DNA from: an uncultured Candidatus Rokubacteria bacterium
GTDB lineage: Bacteria > Methylomirabilota > Methylomirabilia > Rokubacteriales > DASRDR01
Assembly: GCA_963749975.1 (NCBI GenBank)
Contig: CAVVOZ010000014.1
Location: 961-64,960 of the forward strand
Direction of reading: 5' to 3'
DNA length: 64,000 bases
In this document: one piece after another, positions 53,046 to 63,971 of the stretch
How the letters are laid out: each line of letters begins with the position of its first letter
Numbering within the stretch: the first letter of the stretch is position 1
Notes under the pieces: model-generated
Told to the model about the DNA's origin: nothing
Database searches by the model: none
What the model saw: only the letters and a program-made list of their open reading frames with translations
Translations under genes and position numbers: made by a program

Positions 53046-53948
53046 GTGAGCCAGACCGCCTCTGCCCCGACCGCGCCACCGGTTGCCTCGGGGGCGCCGC
53101 CGGGTCGATTCTCGTGGGAGCTCCTCGGCGTCCTCCCGTTCTTCCTCTTCGCGTTCTTCTTCCTCATCCTGCCGACGAGCTTCCTGATCGTGGGCGGGTT
53201 CCAGGACGCCGAGGGCCGGTTCACGCTCGCCAACATCCGCGACCTGTTCCATCCCACCATCCTCAAGGCGTACTGGATCAGCATCCAGGTCAGCGCGGCC
53301 TCGGCGATCGGAGGCGCGGTCCTCGGCTTCTTCCTGGCGTATGCGGCGATCTCCGGCGGGCTGCCGCGCTGGGTCCGCCCCACGCTCCTGACGTTCTCCG
53401 GCGTGGCCTCGAACTTCGCCGGCGTGCCGCTCGCCTTCGCGTTCCTCGCCACCCTCGGGCGGACTGGCCTGGTGACCGTGCTTCTCGTCAGCCTCTTCGA
53501 CTTCAACATCTACCGCACGGGGTTCAACCTCCTGAGCTTCTGGGGCCTGGCGCTGACGTACATGTACTTCCAGATCCCCCTCATGGTGCTGATCATGGCG
53601 CCGGCGATCGACGGGCTGAAGCGCGAGTGGCGCGAGGCGGCGTCGAACCTGGGCGGGAGCGCCGTCGACTACTGGCGGTACATCGCGCTGCCCGTGCTGT
53701 GGCCGACCCTCCTCGGCACGACCCTGCTCCTGTTCGCCAACGCCTTCGGCGCGATCGCGACGGCGTACGCGCTCACCGGCAGCTCCCTCAACATCATCAC
53801 GATCCTTCTGTACGCGCAGATCCGCGGCGACGTCCTCCACAACCAGAACCTCGGCTACGCGCTGGCTCTGGGGATGATCCTGATCACCGGCCTGTCGAAT
53901 ACCGCCTACATCGTGCTGCGCTCCCGCAGCGAGCGGTGGCTGAAATGA
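53046..53948 (+). CDS. ABC permease (PotB-like)
   Basis: WREAASNLG EAA loop; about 6 TMs. Confidence 0.9.
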   Translation: MSQTASAPTAPPVASGAPPGRFSWELLGVLPFFLFAFFFLILPTSFLIVGGFQDAEGRFTLANIRDLFHPTILKAYWISIQVSAASAIGGAVLGFFLAYAAISGGLPRWVRPTLLTFSGVASNFAGVPLAFAFLATLGRTGLVTVLLVSLFDFNIYRTGFNLLSFWGLALTYMYFQIPLMVLIMAPAIDGLKREWREAASNLGGSAVDYWRYIALPVLWPTLLGTTLLLFANAFGAIATAYALTGSSLNIITILLYAQIRGDVLHNQNLGYALALGMILITGLSNTAYIVLRSRSERWLK

Positions 53949-54736
53949 CGCGGCGGACGATCGGGTCGTGGGTGGTCATGGCGCTCGGGATTCTGTATTT
54001 CTTCCTGCCGCTCTTGGCGACCTTCGAGTTCTCGCTGCGATACCGCCGGGGCGTCTACAGCTTCGAGGCGTACCGGATCGTCCTCGGCGATCCGCGGTTC
54101 CACGAGACGTTCCTGTACTCGACCCTCCTCGCGCTCGCCACGATCGTCGTCGGCGTCCTCCTGGTCGTGCCGACCGCCTACTGGATCCAGCTGCGCCTGC
54201 CGCGACTGCGGCCGACGGTCGAGTTCATCACGCTCCTGCCGCTGGTGATCCCGGCGATCGTCCTGGTTTTCGGCTACCTCCGCATCTACAACAGCTCGTC
54301 GATCATCCCCATGACGGCCAACGACCGGACGACCGACCTGCTGCTGATGTTCAGCTACGTCACGCTGGCGATGCCGTACATGTACCGCGCCGTCGACGCC
54401 GGGCTCCGCGCCATCGACGTGCGGACCTTGACCGAGGCGGCCCAGAGCCTCGGCGCGAGCTGGGGGACCATCCTCCTCCGGGTGATCCTGCCCAACGTGC
54501 AGGTGGCGGTCCTGAGCGGCGCGTTCCTGACGTTCGCCATCGTCATCGGCGAGTTCACGATGGCCAGCCTGCTGGACCGTCCCGCGTTCGGCCCGTACCT
54601 CCAGCTCATCGGCGCGAATCGCGCGTACGAGCCGGCGGCGCTGGCGGTCATCACCTTCGCGATCACGTGGGGGTGCATGGCCCTGATCCAGGTTCTGGGC
54701 CGCCGGGCCCCCGGCAAGACCGCCGGGGCGCACTGA
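53945..54736 (+). CDS. ABC permease (PotC-like)
   Basis: LTEAAQSLGAS, IGEFT; ATGA overlap. Confidence 0.9.
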   Translation: MTRRTIGSWVVMALGILYFFLPLLATFEFSLRYRRGVYSFEAYRIVLGDPRFHETFLYSTLLALATIVVGVLLVVPTAYWIQLRLPRLRPTVEFITLLPLVIPAIVLVFGYLRIYNSSSIIPMTANDRTTDLLLMFSYVTLAMPYMYRAVDAGLRAIDVRTLTEAAQSLGASWGTILLRVILPNVQVAVLSGAFLTFAIVIGEFTMASLLDRPAFGPYLQLIGANRAYEPAALAVITFAITWGCMALIQVLGRRAPGKTAGAH

Positions 54737-54744
54737 GGACACGC

Positions 54745-55818
<1,074 letters not shown>

Positions 55819-55867
55819 GGGGCGGCCGGCTCCGGACGGGCTCGCCAGGGTCCGCCGGGCGGCTCTC

Positions 55868-56665
55868 CTAGGGCCCCTCCAGCACCATCCGCCGGTAGGC
55901 CTCCGCCGCCTCGAGGCCCACCTTGACGCCCTGCTCGCGCGCCCACTCCACGAGGAACTCCTTGGGGTCCCACTCGCCCATCTGGCTCCGGTGCTCGCGG
56001 AGGGCGGCCAGCTTCACGTCGAGGGTGCCGGCGATGTCGACGTAGGTGTCGGGCCGCTCGGCCCCGTGGATGTACACCTGGCGGACCTCGTGGGGCTCGA
56101 GCCCCTCGGCGAGCAGCTCCGGGAAGATCAGCCGCGTGCCCGCGGAAGGGAAAGTCGCATCGAGGGCGGCGTCGGCGGCCGCCCGGTGGTCGGGGTGGTT
56201 CAGGTACGTGGAGCCGTAGTAGCGGACGGTGGGGTCGCCGCACACGACCGCGTCGGGCCGGAAGCGCCGGATCAGGCGGGTGAGGTCCCGGCGGAGCGCG
56301 ATGGTGGCCTCGAGCATCCCGTCCTCGTAGTCGAGGAACCACACGTCCGCGATCCCGAGGACCCTGCACGCGCTTCGCTGCTCGACCTCGCGGATCGGCC
56401 CGAGGGCCTCCCGGGTCATGTCCGCCGGCGTGAAGCGGTTCGATCCGCCGGTGCCGCGCGTGATGCACACGGTGACGATGGTGGTGCCTGCCCGCGCCCA
56501 CTTGGCCAGAGTGCCGCCGACGGTGAACTCCTGGTCGTCCGGATGGGCGTGGATGCTCATCGCGCGGGCGGGGGGTGAGGGCTCGCCTGCCGTCCGCGCC
56601 TTCTTGCCGCGCTCGGGGATGCCTGGGGTGCCGGGATCGCCAGGGTCGGTCAATGCGTCCGTCAT
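55868..56665 (-). CDS. PIG-L/LmbE family deacetylase
   Basis: HAHPDDQE, REVEQ, YEDG, NHPDH, HRSQ. Confidence 0.92.
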   Translation of the reverse strand: MTDALTDPGDPGTPGIPERGKKARTAGEPSPPARAMSIHAHPDDQEFTVGGTLAKWARAGTTIVTVCITRGTGGSNRFTPADMTREALGPIREVEQRSACRVLGIADVWFLDYEDGMLEATIALRRDLTRLIRRFRPDAVVCGDPTVRYYGSTYLNHPDHRAAADAALDATFPSAGTRLIFPELLAEGLEPHEVRQVYIHGAERPDTYVDIAGTLDVKLAALREHRSQMGEWDPKEFLVEWAREQGVKVGLEAAEAYRRMVLEGP

Positions 56666-57135
56666 GTGAGCTCGGGAGTCCTTTCGCGATCGGCGATGGT
56701 ATGGCGGCGGCCACCCAGGACGAGGGTGGGCTGTCCGTTCTCGTCCCTGAGGTGCGCGCCCAGCTGCTGGAGCGCGATGCGGCTGAACCGCGCCGGGAAC
56801 GCGCCGCGCCGGACCCGGCAGCAGAGCCGCCCCCCCTCGCTCTCGAGCGTGGCCGGGTCGAGCGGCTCCCGGTGGTCGCCGGCCAGGACGAGCTCGAGAC
56901 CGTCCAGCACCCCCTCGCGCCCCTCCTGGAAAATGGATCGCACCCGTTGAACGACGAAGGGCGTGCCCTCGGACTCGAACCAGTTCCGTTCGCCCTGGCA
57001 CACCACGAGCCAGCTTCCCTCGGGCGTGCGGGTCATGGCGCGCAGGAAGAAGCGGAGGGTCAGGGGGTCGAGGACCTCGCTCCCGTCGTGGAAGACCCGG
57101 CCCTCGGCGTCGACCCGGTAGCGGTACTCGCGCAT
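56662..57135 (-). CDS. Hypothetical protein (DUF1285-like)
   Basis: VDAEGRVFHDG, EGTPFVV, LDPATL, ARFSR; overlaps the downstream gene. Confidence 0.7.
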   Translation of the reverse strand: MREYRYRVDAEGRVFHDGSEVLDPLTLRFFLRAMTRTPEGSWLVVCQGERNWFESEGTPFVVQRVRSIFQEGREGVLDGLELVLAGDHREPLDPATLESEGGRLCCRVRRGAFPARFSRIALQQLGAHLRDENGQPTLVLGGRRHTIADRERTPELT

Positions 57136-57166
57136 CGCCCTCTCATTCTAGTCCTGCCCGAGCCGC

Positions 57167-57733
57167 TCAGAGCCATCGCCGGACGTGCGCCCGGTAGGCA
57201 CGGTAGGGCGCGCCGAACTTCCGCTCGAGGTAGCGCTCTTCCCGCGCGATCACCCCGATCCGGAGCACGGCGACGTAGGGCACGAGGAGCAGCGCGAGCC
57301 AGCCGCTGTCGGCGAGCACGCCGATGCCCGCGAAGAGGAGCGCGAGGGCGACGTACATCGGATTCCGCGAGCGGGCGTAGATCCCGCCGGTCACGAGCGC
57401 GATCGCCGGCTTCGGCGTCTCGACGTTCGTCCCCGCGTCCCGGAAGGCGCGGACCGCCAGGGTCATGACGACCAGGCCGAGGGCGACGAGCCCGCCGCCG
57501 ACGCCGAAGCGGAGCGCCGCCGGGGAGCCGGCCGGCAGAAGGGGAAGGGGCCAGAGCCACCCCAGGATCGCCCCGATCGCGAGGAACAGGTACGCGATCC
57601 GGGGCGGCCGCGCGATGACGCCGGGATGGTCAGGGGCGGCGCCCGTCGCGGCGGATGCAGCCGCATGAGCGGTCGAGCCAGGGAGCATGCCGGGACCCTC
57701 CGTCGCGTGACGGGGTGTCGATCGCGGGCGCAT
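57167..57733 (-). CDS. Isoprenylcysteine carboxyl methyltransferase (Ste14/PEMT) family protein
   Basis: LVTGGIYARSRNPMY, REERYL, YRAHVRRWL. Confidence 0.9.
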   Translation of the reverse strand: MRPRSTPRHATEGPGMLPGSTAHAAASAATGAAPDHPGVIARPPRIAYLFLAIGAILGWLWPLPLLPAGSPAALRFGVGGGLVALGLVVMTLAVRAFRDAGTNVETPKPAIALVTGGIYARSRNPMYVALALLFAGIGVLADSGWLALLLVPYVAVLRIGVIAREERYLERKFGAPYRAYRAHVRRWL

Positions 57734-57734
57734 G

Positions 57735-58562
57735 TCAGGAGCGCTCCGCCAGGCGCTCCAGGCGCCCCCGGAACGGGAGCGCGAGGAGCCAGCCGAGGGA
57801 GGACGCCCGCCGGTCCTGGCACTCCTCGAGCCCGAGCCGGGTCTCCCGGGGGTCGCCGACGGTTGCGCGGTAGGTGCCGAAGAGCCGATCCCACCACGGC
57901 ACGACCACCCCGTAGTTCGAGTCCGTCTCGGGCCAGAGGGCCGAGTGATGGACCCGGTGCATGTCGGGGGTGACCAGGAGGAGGCGCAGCCAGGCGTCGA
58001 GGCGGGCCGGCACCCGGGCGTTCGCGTGGATGAACAGGTTGGTCGCCGTGTCGACCAGCTCGTAGAGCATGATGGTCCACGGCGGCAGTCCGAGCCCGAG
58101 AATGACGAGGGCCGTCGGCCCGAGCTGGATCAGGAACTCCAGCGGATGGAACCGGACGGTCGTCGAGACGTCCAGGAAGACGTCCGTGTGGTGGACGCGA
58201 TGCACGCGCCACAGGGCAGGCACCTTGTGCATGGCCACGTGGACCGCGTACGAGACGAGGCTCCGCGCGAGGAGCGCCACTCCCAGCGTGGCGGCGAGCG
58301 GCAAGGGGTACCGCTGGAGGAGCCCCCAGCCCTGCTGCTGGGCGATCACGGCCGCCGCCAGGCCGCTCACCGGCAGGGCTCCCAGCACCACGATGTTGAG
58401 CGCCGTCAGCCCGAAGTTCGACGGCCACCGTCGCGTGCGCTCCACCGGGCCGTCCCGCCGGGGCGCCACCGCCTCCATCGCGCCGAGCCCGGCCAGCAGA
58501 CCGAAATAGATGACGTATTGCAGAGGCTCTCCGTAGTCCGTCAGGATGCGTTCGAGCGACAT
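57735..58562 (-). CDS. Sterol desaturase / fatty-acid hydroxylase family protein
   Basis: His boxes HVAMH, HRVHH, RFHP, HAN, HRVHH, SNYG, WDRLFGT. Confidence 0.92.
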   Translation of the reverse strand: MSLERILTDYGEPLQYVIYFGLLAGLGAMEAVAPRRDGPVERTRRWPSNFGLTALNIVVLGALPVSGLAAAVIAQQQGWGLLQRYPLPLAATLGVALLARSLVSYAVHVAMHKVPALWRVHRVHHTDVFLDVSTTVRFHPLEFLIQLGPTALVILGLGLPPWTIMLYELVDTATNLFIHANARVPARLDAWLRLLLVTPDMHRVHHSALWPETDSNYGVVVPWWDRLFGTYRATVGDPRETRLGLEECQDRRASSLGWLLALPFRGRLERLAERS

Positions 58563-58654
58563 GAGCGTCTCCTCCATCCGGTCGCGACGGCTGCGGCCTG
58601 CGGCCTCCGCGCCGTCGCTCCCTATTGGCTGTTGGTTCGGCGTTCGTAGAGTCA

Positions 58655-58680
58655 TACGGACGGGCGCCCGCTTCGTTACG
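58655..58680 (-). promoter_or_regulatory. Putative ECF promoter for the desaturase operon
   Basis: CGTAAC-gaagcgggcgcccgtc-CGTA (AAC-N16-CGTA). Confidence 0.65.
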
Positions 58681-58737
58681 GCCAGGGCCGCGGCACCCTG
58701 GGGGGTCCGGGGGAGCGAACCGGGACGGAGGGCCGGG

Positions 58738-58763
58738 CGTAACTCCCGGGACGCCCGTTCGTA
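58738..58763 (+). promoter_or_regulatory. Putative autoregulatory ECF promoter
   Basis: CGTAAC-tcccgggacgcccgtt-CGTA, the same motif as the divergent site. Confidence 0.65.
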
Positions 58764-58780
58764 GGACTCGTTGGAGGGCC

Positions 58781-59353
58781 ATGAACGCAACCGAGGTGGC
58801 GGAGGCCGTCGAGCGCGCCCGGCGCGGGGAGCGGGAGGGCTTCGCCGAGCTCTACCAGGAATTCGGCCGGCGCGTGCTCGGCCTCTGCCGCCACCTTCTC
58901 GGCTCTCCGGACGCGGCCGAGGACGCCCGGAGCGACGTCTTCCTCCGCCTGCCGCGCGCGATCGATCGGTACGACCCGGCGCTCCCGTTCGACCGCTGGC
59001 TCCTGAGCGTGACGAGCCACCACTGCCTCGACGTGCTCCGGCGCCGCCGTCTCGAGTCCCGGCTGTTTGCCGCGGAGTGGGACGAGACCGACGGCGCGTC
59101 GGTGGGAAGCGAGCCCGGACCGTCGCCTCTCGCGGCGGTGCTGACCGACGAGGGCCGGGAGCGGGTGCGCGCCGCGCTCCAGCGTCTGCCCGAGCGGTAC
59201 CGGGTCTCGCTGGCTCTCCGCTACTACGGCGAGCTGGGCTACGAGGAGATCGCGAGCCAGCTCGGGGTGACGCGCAACCACGTGGCGATCCTGATCTTCC
59301 GCGGCAAGCAGGCCCTGCGCCGGCTGCTCGCGGATCTGGATGAGAGGGCTTGA
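58781..59353 (+). CDS. ECF RNA polymerase sigma factor
   Basis: DAAEDA..VFL, FDRWL..HCLDVLRRR, LPERYR, YEEIA; RBS GGAGG. Confidence 0.93.
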   Translation: MNATEVAEAVERARRGEREGFAELYQEFGRRVLGLCRHLLGSPDAAEDARSDVFLRLPRAIDRYDPALPFDRWLLSVTSHHCLDVLRRRRLESRLFAAEWDETDGASVGSEPGPSPLAAVLTDEGRERVRAALQRLPERYRVSLALRYYGELGYEEIASQLGVTRNHVAILIFRGKQALRRLLADLDERA

Positions 59354-59355
59354 CG

Positions 59356-60989
59356 ATGACGTGCCTGAACGAGCTCACCTGTGCGGTGTACGCGGACGGG
59401 GAGCTGTCCCCGGAGGAGACGCGGGCCACCGAGCGTCACCTGGCCGAGTGCCCGCGCTGCCGGGCGCTGGTCGCGGCGCTCCGGGACGAGAACCGGATGC
59501 TCAGCGCGGCACTCGGCGAGGAGGCGGCCCTCGCGCCGTCGCCCGTGGTCGCGGTGAGGCCCGCGTCGATCCTCGGACGCCTGGGCGCGGCGACGAACGG
59601 GCGCCGGGCGCGCGCGTGGGGGCTCACCCTGGCCGTGCTGGCGGGCGCCGGGGGCCTCGCGCACCTCGCCGGATGGGGAGACCTTCCGGGCCGGCCGATG
59701 GGTGACTGGATCGGCCTCGCCGTGGAGGGCGCGCTCTTCGTCGTGACGAACGCCGCCACGCTGGAGCGGGCGCTCACGACGCTGGCGGTCGCCACGATGA
59801 TGGGGCTGGCGCTTGCCGGCGGACTCTATCTCGGGCGGACTCCCTCGCGCGCGGTCGCGGCCCTCGCGCTGGTCCTCGGGGCGACCGCGGGGGTCGCGTC
59901 GTCGCCCGCCGAGGCGCTCGAGACGCGAAGCGGGAGGGACGTGGTGATCGGGGCCGGTGAGACGCTCGACGGGACGCTGGTCGCCGCCGCCGAGAGCGTC
60001 CGCGTCGACGGGACGATCGATGGCGATCTGATCGTCGCCGCGGCGCACGTCGACGTGCGCGGCACGGTGCGTGGCGACCTCGTGGTCGTGGCCGGGACCG
60101 TGGAGGTGGCCGGCACGGTCGAGGGCAGCGTGTACACCGCCGCCGGCTCCTTCGACGCTCCGCGGCCGCGTGGGCCGGGGGTTCTACGCCGCGGATCGCG
60201 CGACGGTGATCGAGCTCGGGGCAAGCGTCGGGGGCGACCTCACGCTCGCCGGTCGGAGGCTGTGGCTCGGCGGTGACGTGGGACGCGGCGCGACCATCTT
60301 CGCCCACGAAGCGGAGGTGAGCGGCCACGTCGGGCGGGATGTCCGCTTCCGTGGCGACCGGCTGGCGGTGCGGGCACTGGCGCGCGTGCAGGGAATGGTC
60401 CGGGCCGACGTCGCTCCGGGCGTCGGCCGTGACGATCGACGGCGGGGCGACCGTGACGGGCCCAGTCCTGACGCGCGTGGCATCGCGCGGCGCCGGGTGG
60501 TACGGAGAGCCGCGCGTGTGGTTCTGGGTGGCGACGAGCTTCTTCGGCGCGGCGCTCCTTGGCTGGGTGGGGCTCCTGCTCGTGCCCGGGCTGGTCGTGG
60601 GGAGCGCCGACGGGGTGCGGAGCTGGAAGCGATCCCTCGGGTGGGGCGTGACAACCCTCGTCGGGGGGCCCGTCCTGATCCTGGTCCTCGCGGTGACCCT
60701 CGTCGGCCTGCCGCTCGCGCTCGTCCTCCTGGGGCTCTACCTCCTGGGTCTCTACGCGGCCAAGATCGTGGTCGCCCTCGCCCTCGGGCGGGCGTTGCTC
60801 CGGCCGCGCGGCAACCCGCCGCGCGATGCGCTGCGGGCGCTGGTGGTCGGCCTGGTCCTCGTCACGCTCGCGACGGCCCTGCCTCTCGTGGGAGGCCCGA
60901 TCTGGGTCGCCGTGGCTTGCCTCGGCGCCGGGGCGCTCGCCGGGCGGCTCGCCCGGGCGGCGGGAGCCGTGCGAAGCTCGGGGGCGTGA
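59356..60989 (+). CDS. Zinc-finger (zf-HC2) anti-sigma factor with bactofilin-like beta-helix repeats and C-terminal TMs; frameshifts ~60155, ~60425
   Basis: YADGELS..HLAECPRC, TMs, repeated V.V.G.V.GDL motifs, TLVGLPLA membrane tail. Confidence 0.8.
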
Positions 60990-61661
60990 GAGTCGAGATC
61001 CGGACCGCGGCGGAGATCCTCACCCCCGAGCGGGCGGGGGAGTGGGCGGCTCGGCGGGCGCAACGGGACGATCCGCTTGCTCCGGGCCATCTGGCGGGAG
61101 TTCGTCGCGGTCGGCGGGCCGGTTACCCTCGAGGCGGCGTCGCGGGCTGTTCCGGGACTCGCGCCGGAGGCTCTCCGGGCGCGAGCGGCGGCGCTCGACG
61201 CCGCGGATCTGATCGGGCTGGACGGAGACCGCGTCACGCTCGCCTACCCGTTCACCGCCGAGCCGAACGACTTCGAGGTGGTGCTTCCCGGTGGCCGGGC
61301 GCGCTACGCGTGCTGCGCGATCGACGCCCTCGGCGTGGCGCCGATGGTGGGGAGCCCGGTGACGCTCCGGTCGCGCTGCCACCGGAGCGGTGCGCCACTG
61401 GTCTTCGACGTCGATCCGGTGGCCGGTCCTCGCCGGGCGCCCCCCGGAAGCCTCACGTGGGTCGAGCGGAGCCGATGGGGCGGCGACCGGCTCTCGGGCT
61501 TCCTCTGAACCCGCCTCAACTTCTTCCGGTCGGAAGAGGAGCTCGCGGAGTGGCGCCGCGAGACGCCGGACGGCGACGGGGCGGGGCTCGTCCTCGCCGA
61601 GGCGTTCGAGCTGGGTCGCCGGATGTTCGGCGGGCTGCTCCACGCCGAGCCGGCCGATTAG
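60986..61661 (+). CDS. MerB-like organomercurial lyase homolog, probable selenoprotein (UGA 61506-61508); +1 indel ~61076
   Basis: LAYPFT, CCAIDALG, RSRC, GFL-UGA-TRLNFFRSEEE..W..AEAFELGRRMFG continues in frame past the UGA to TAG 61661. Confidence 0.85.
61520..61539 (+). promoter_or_regulatory. Bacterial SECIS element
   Basis: CUUCUUCC-GGUC-GGAAGAGG hairpin after an 11-nt spacer from the UGA, like E. coli fdhF. Confidence 0.8.
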
Positions 61662-61759
61662 GGCTGCCCTTGTCCGCGGCGGCCTCGCGGGGAACCCTGG
61701 TGGACCCGCGCGGCGTGCCATAATCGAACCGTGACCCGTCGTGCCGGGACACGTAGACC

Positions 61760-62608
61760 ATGACGGACACGGGCTTCGGGCCGCTGGTGAGCACCGCGTG
61801 GCTCGCCGAGCACCTCGGCGAGGCGGGCCTCCGGGTCGTTGACGCGACCTGGTATCTCCCCACCCTCAAGCGCGACGCGCGGTCGGAGTTCGGCCAGGCC
61901 CACATCCCCGGCGCGGTCTACTTCGACATCGACGCGATCTCCGATCGAAAGTCAGGGCTCCCCCACATGCTGCCCGATGCGGTCACATTCGGTCAGGCGG
62001 TGGGTGCCCTGGGGATCGGTGATGGTGACCGTGTGGTCGTTTACGCCGGCAAGTACCTGTCCGCCTCGGCGCGCGTGTGGTGGACCTTCCGCGTGTTCGG
62101 ACACGAACGCGTAGCCATCCTCGACGGCGGCTTCCCACGATGGCGGGAGGAGGGCCGGCCTGTCGAGGCGGGAGAGCCGAGCCCGGTGCGCCGCCACTTC
62201 ACGCCGCGCCTCCATCCAGAGCTGGTGACCGACCTCGACGGCGTGCGCAGAAACCTCGCGACACGGCTCGCGCAGGTCGTGGACGCCCGATCGGCCGGCC
62301 GCTTCGCGGGGACCGAGCCCGAGCCGCGTCCCGGCCTCCGCGGAGGACACATCCCCGGGAGCCTGAACGTGCCCTACGATCGGCTCTTCCGGCCGGACGG
62401 GACGCTGCTCCCGCGGGACGACCTCCGCAGGGTGTTCGAGGCGGCCCGTGTCGACCTCGACCGGCCCATCGTGACGTCGTGCGGCTCGGGGGTGACGGCC
62501 TGCGTCCTCGCCCTGGGACTCGATCTCGTCGGCCGCCCGGACGTCGCCGTCTACGACGGGTCCTGGACCGAGTGGGGCGGCCGCGACGACGTACCCGTCG
62601 AGCCGTAG
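61760..62608 (+). CDS. sseA: 3-mercaptopyruvate sulfurtransferase (tandem rhodanese)
   Basis: HIPGA, LPHMLP, DARS..RF, CGSGVTA, YDGSWTEW. Confidence 0.95.
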   Translation: MTDTGFGPLVSTAWLAEHLGEAGLRVVDATWYLPTLKRDARSEFGQAHIPGAVYFDIDAISDRKSGLPHMLPDAVTFGQAVGALGIGDGDRVVVYAGKYLSASARVWWTFRVFGHERVAILDGGFPRWREEGRPVEAGEPSPVRRHFTPRLHPELVTDLDGVRRNLATRLAQVVDARSAGRFAGTEPEPRPGLRGGHIPGSLNVPYDRLFRPDGTLLPRDDLRRVFEAARVDLDRPIVTSCGSGVTACVLALGLDLVGRPDVAVYDGSWTEWGGRDDVPVEP

Positions 62609-62611
62609 AGC

Positions 62612-63703
62612 ATGCCGCGCCAGCGCATCGACCTCGATCCGATCGACGCCCTCTCGATCCTCGACGAGGAGGGGCGGCTGGACCGTGACCTCGAGCCGCT
62701 GATTCCCCCCGACGACCTGCGACGGCTCTACCGGACCTTTCTCCTCGCGCGCCGGTTCGACGAGCGCATGCTCTTCCTCCAGCGCCAGGGCCGGATCGGC
62801 ACCTACCTGCCGGCGCGCGGGCACGAGGCTGCGGTGCTCGGCAGCGTCTACCCTCTGCGCCCGACCGACTGGCTCGTTCCGGTCTGGCGCGAGTGGGCCG
62901 CCTACGTCTGGCGGGGCTGGCCGCTCGAGAACCTCATCCTCCTCTACGCGGGTCTGACGGAGGGCACTTCCGTTCCCGCCGGCATCCGGGATCTCCCGGT
63001 CTGCGTTCCGATGGGCACTCACGTCCCCCACGCGGTCGGGCTGGCGTGCGCCGCCCGGGCTCGGCGGGAGGACAGCGTCGTGCTCTGCTACTTCGGCGAC
63101 GGGGCCAGCTCCGAGGGGATCACCCAGGAGGCCATGAACTTCGCGGGCGTCTTCCAGGCGCCCATCGTCTTCGTGTGCGTCAACAACCAGTGGGCGATCT
63201 CGATGCCGCGGTCACGGCAGACTCGCGCGAAGACGCTCGCGCACCGCGCGCTCGCCTACGGCTTCCCGGGGGTGCAGGCGGACGGCAACGACCTCCTGGC
63301 GATGGTGGCCATCACGCGCGAGGCGGTGGCGCGCGCTCGCGAAGGTGGCGGGCCCACCCTCATCGAGGCCGTGACGTACCGTCTGACGGGGCACTCGACG
63401 GCCGACGACCCGAAGAAGTACCGCGAGCGAGGCCGAGGTGCGGCGTGGGAGGCACGGGAGCCGCTCCCGCGCCTCCGCCGCTATCTCGAGGCGAAGGGTG
63501 TCGTCGACGACGCGCTTCACGCCCGGTTCGAGACCGAGGTGGATGCCGAGGTGCGCGCGGCCATCGAGCGTGCCGAGGCGCGAATGCAGGCGGCGCGCCC
63601 CCTCGACATGTTCGACTACGTCTACGCCGAGAGGCCGGCCGAGGTAGAGGCGCAGCGGCAGGAGTTCGCCCGGGAAGTCGGGGAGGACGGTAGCGCGACG
63701 TAG
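62612..63703 (+). CDS. pdhA: 2-oxoacid dehydrogenase E1 alpha subunit
   Basis: LQRQGRIG, GDGASSEG..NNQWAIS, TYRLTGHSTADDP; compensated indels ~63425-63440. Confidence 0.9.
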   Translation: MPRQRIDLDPIDALSILDEEGRLDRDLEPLIPPDDLRRLYRTFLLARRFDERMLFLQRQGRIGTYLPARGHEAAVLGSVYPLRPTDWLVPVWREWAAYVWRGWPLENLILLYAGLTEGTSVPAGIRDLPVCVPMGTHVPHAVGLACAARARREDSVVLCYFGDGASSEGITQEAMNFAGVFQAPIVFVCVNNQWAISMPRSRQTRAKTLAHRALAYGFPGVQADGNDLLAMVAITREAVARAREGGGPTLIEAVTYRLTGHSTADDPKKYRERGRGAAWEAREPLPRLRRYLEAKGVVDDALHARFETEVDAEVRAAIERAEARMQAARPLDMFDYVYAERPAEVEAQRQEFAREVGEDGSAT

Positions 63704-63734
63704 CACGAGCCCGCCAGGAGGCCACAAGAAACGT

Positions 63735-63830
63735 CTGGACGACCGCGGTGTGACCAAGATCCGCGCCCGGCCTCACGTCTCCAACGACGACCCGTTCTCG
63801 TGGGCCCAGTTCAAGACGCTGAAGTTCCCG
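63735..63830 (+). mobile_element. IS3-family transposase remnant
   Basis: GVTKIRARPHVSNDDPFSWAQFKTLKFP vs the typical IS3 segment GVTKSHSRPHVSNDNPFSEAQFKTLKY. Confidence 0.65.
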
Positions 63831-63971
63831 GCGGGCTCCCCCCCGGCGCCATCGCGTCCCGCCGAAGTGAGGATCAATCCTCCTGGGACGCAGTGACAGG
63901 AATCGTGCCTGCCAGGCAGCGGGCATCCGAGCTATGGTTGAGATGTCGCGGCATCGCGACGTAGAGGAGAC

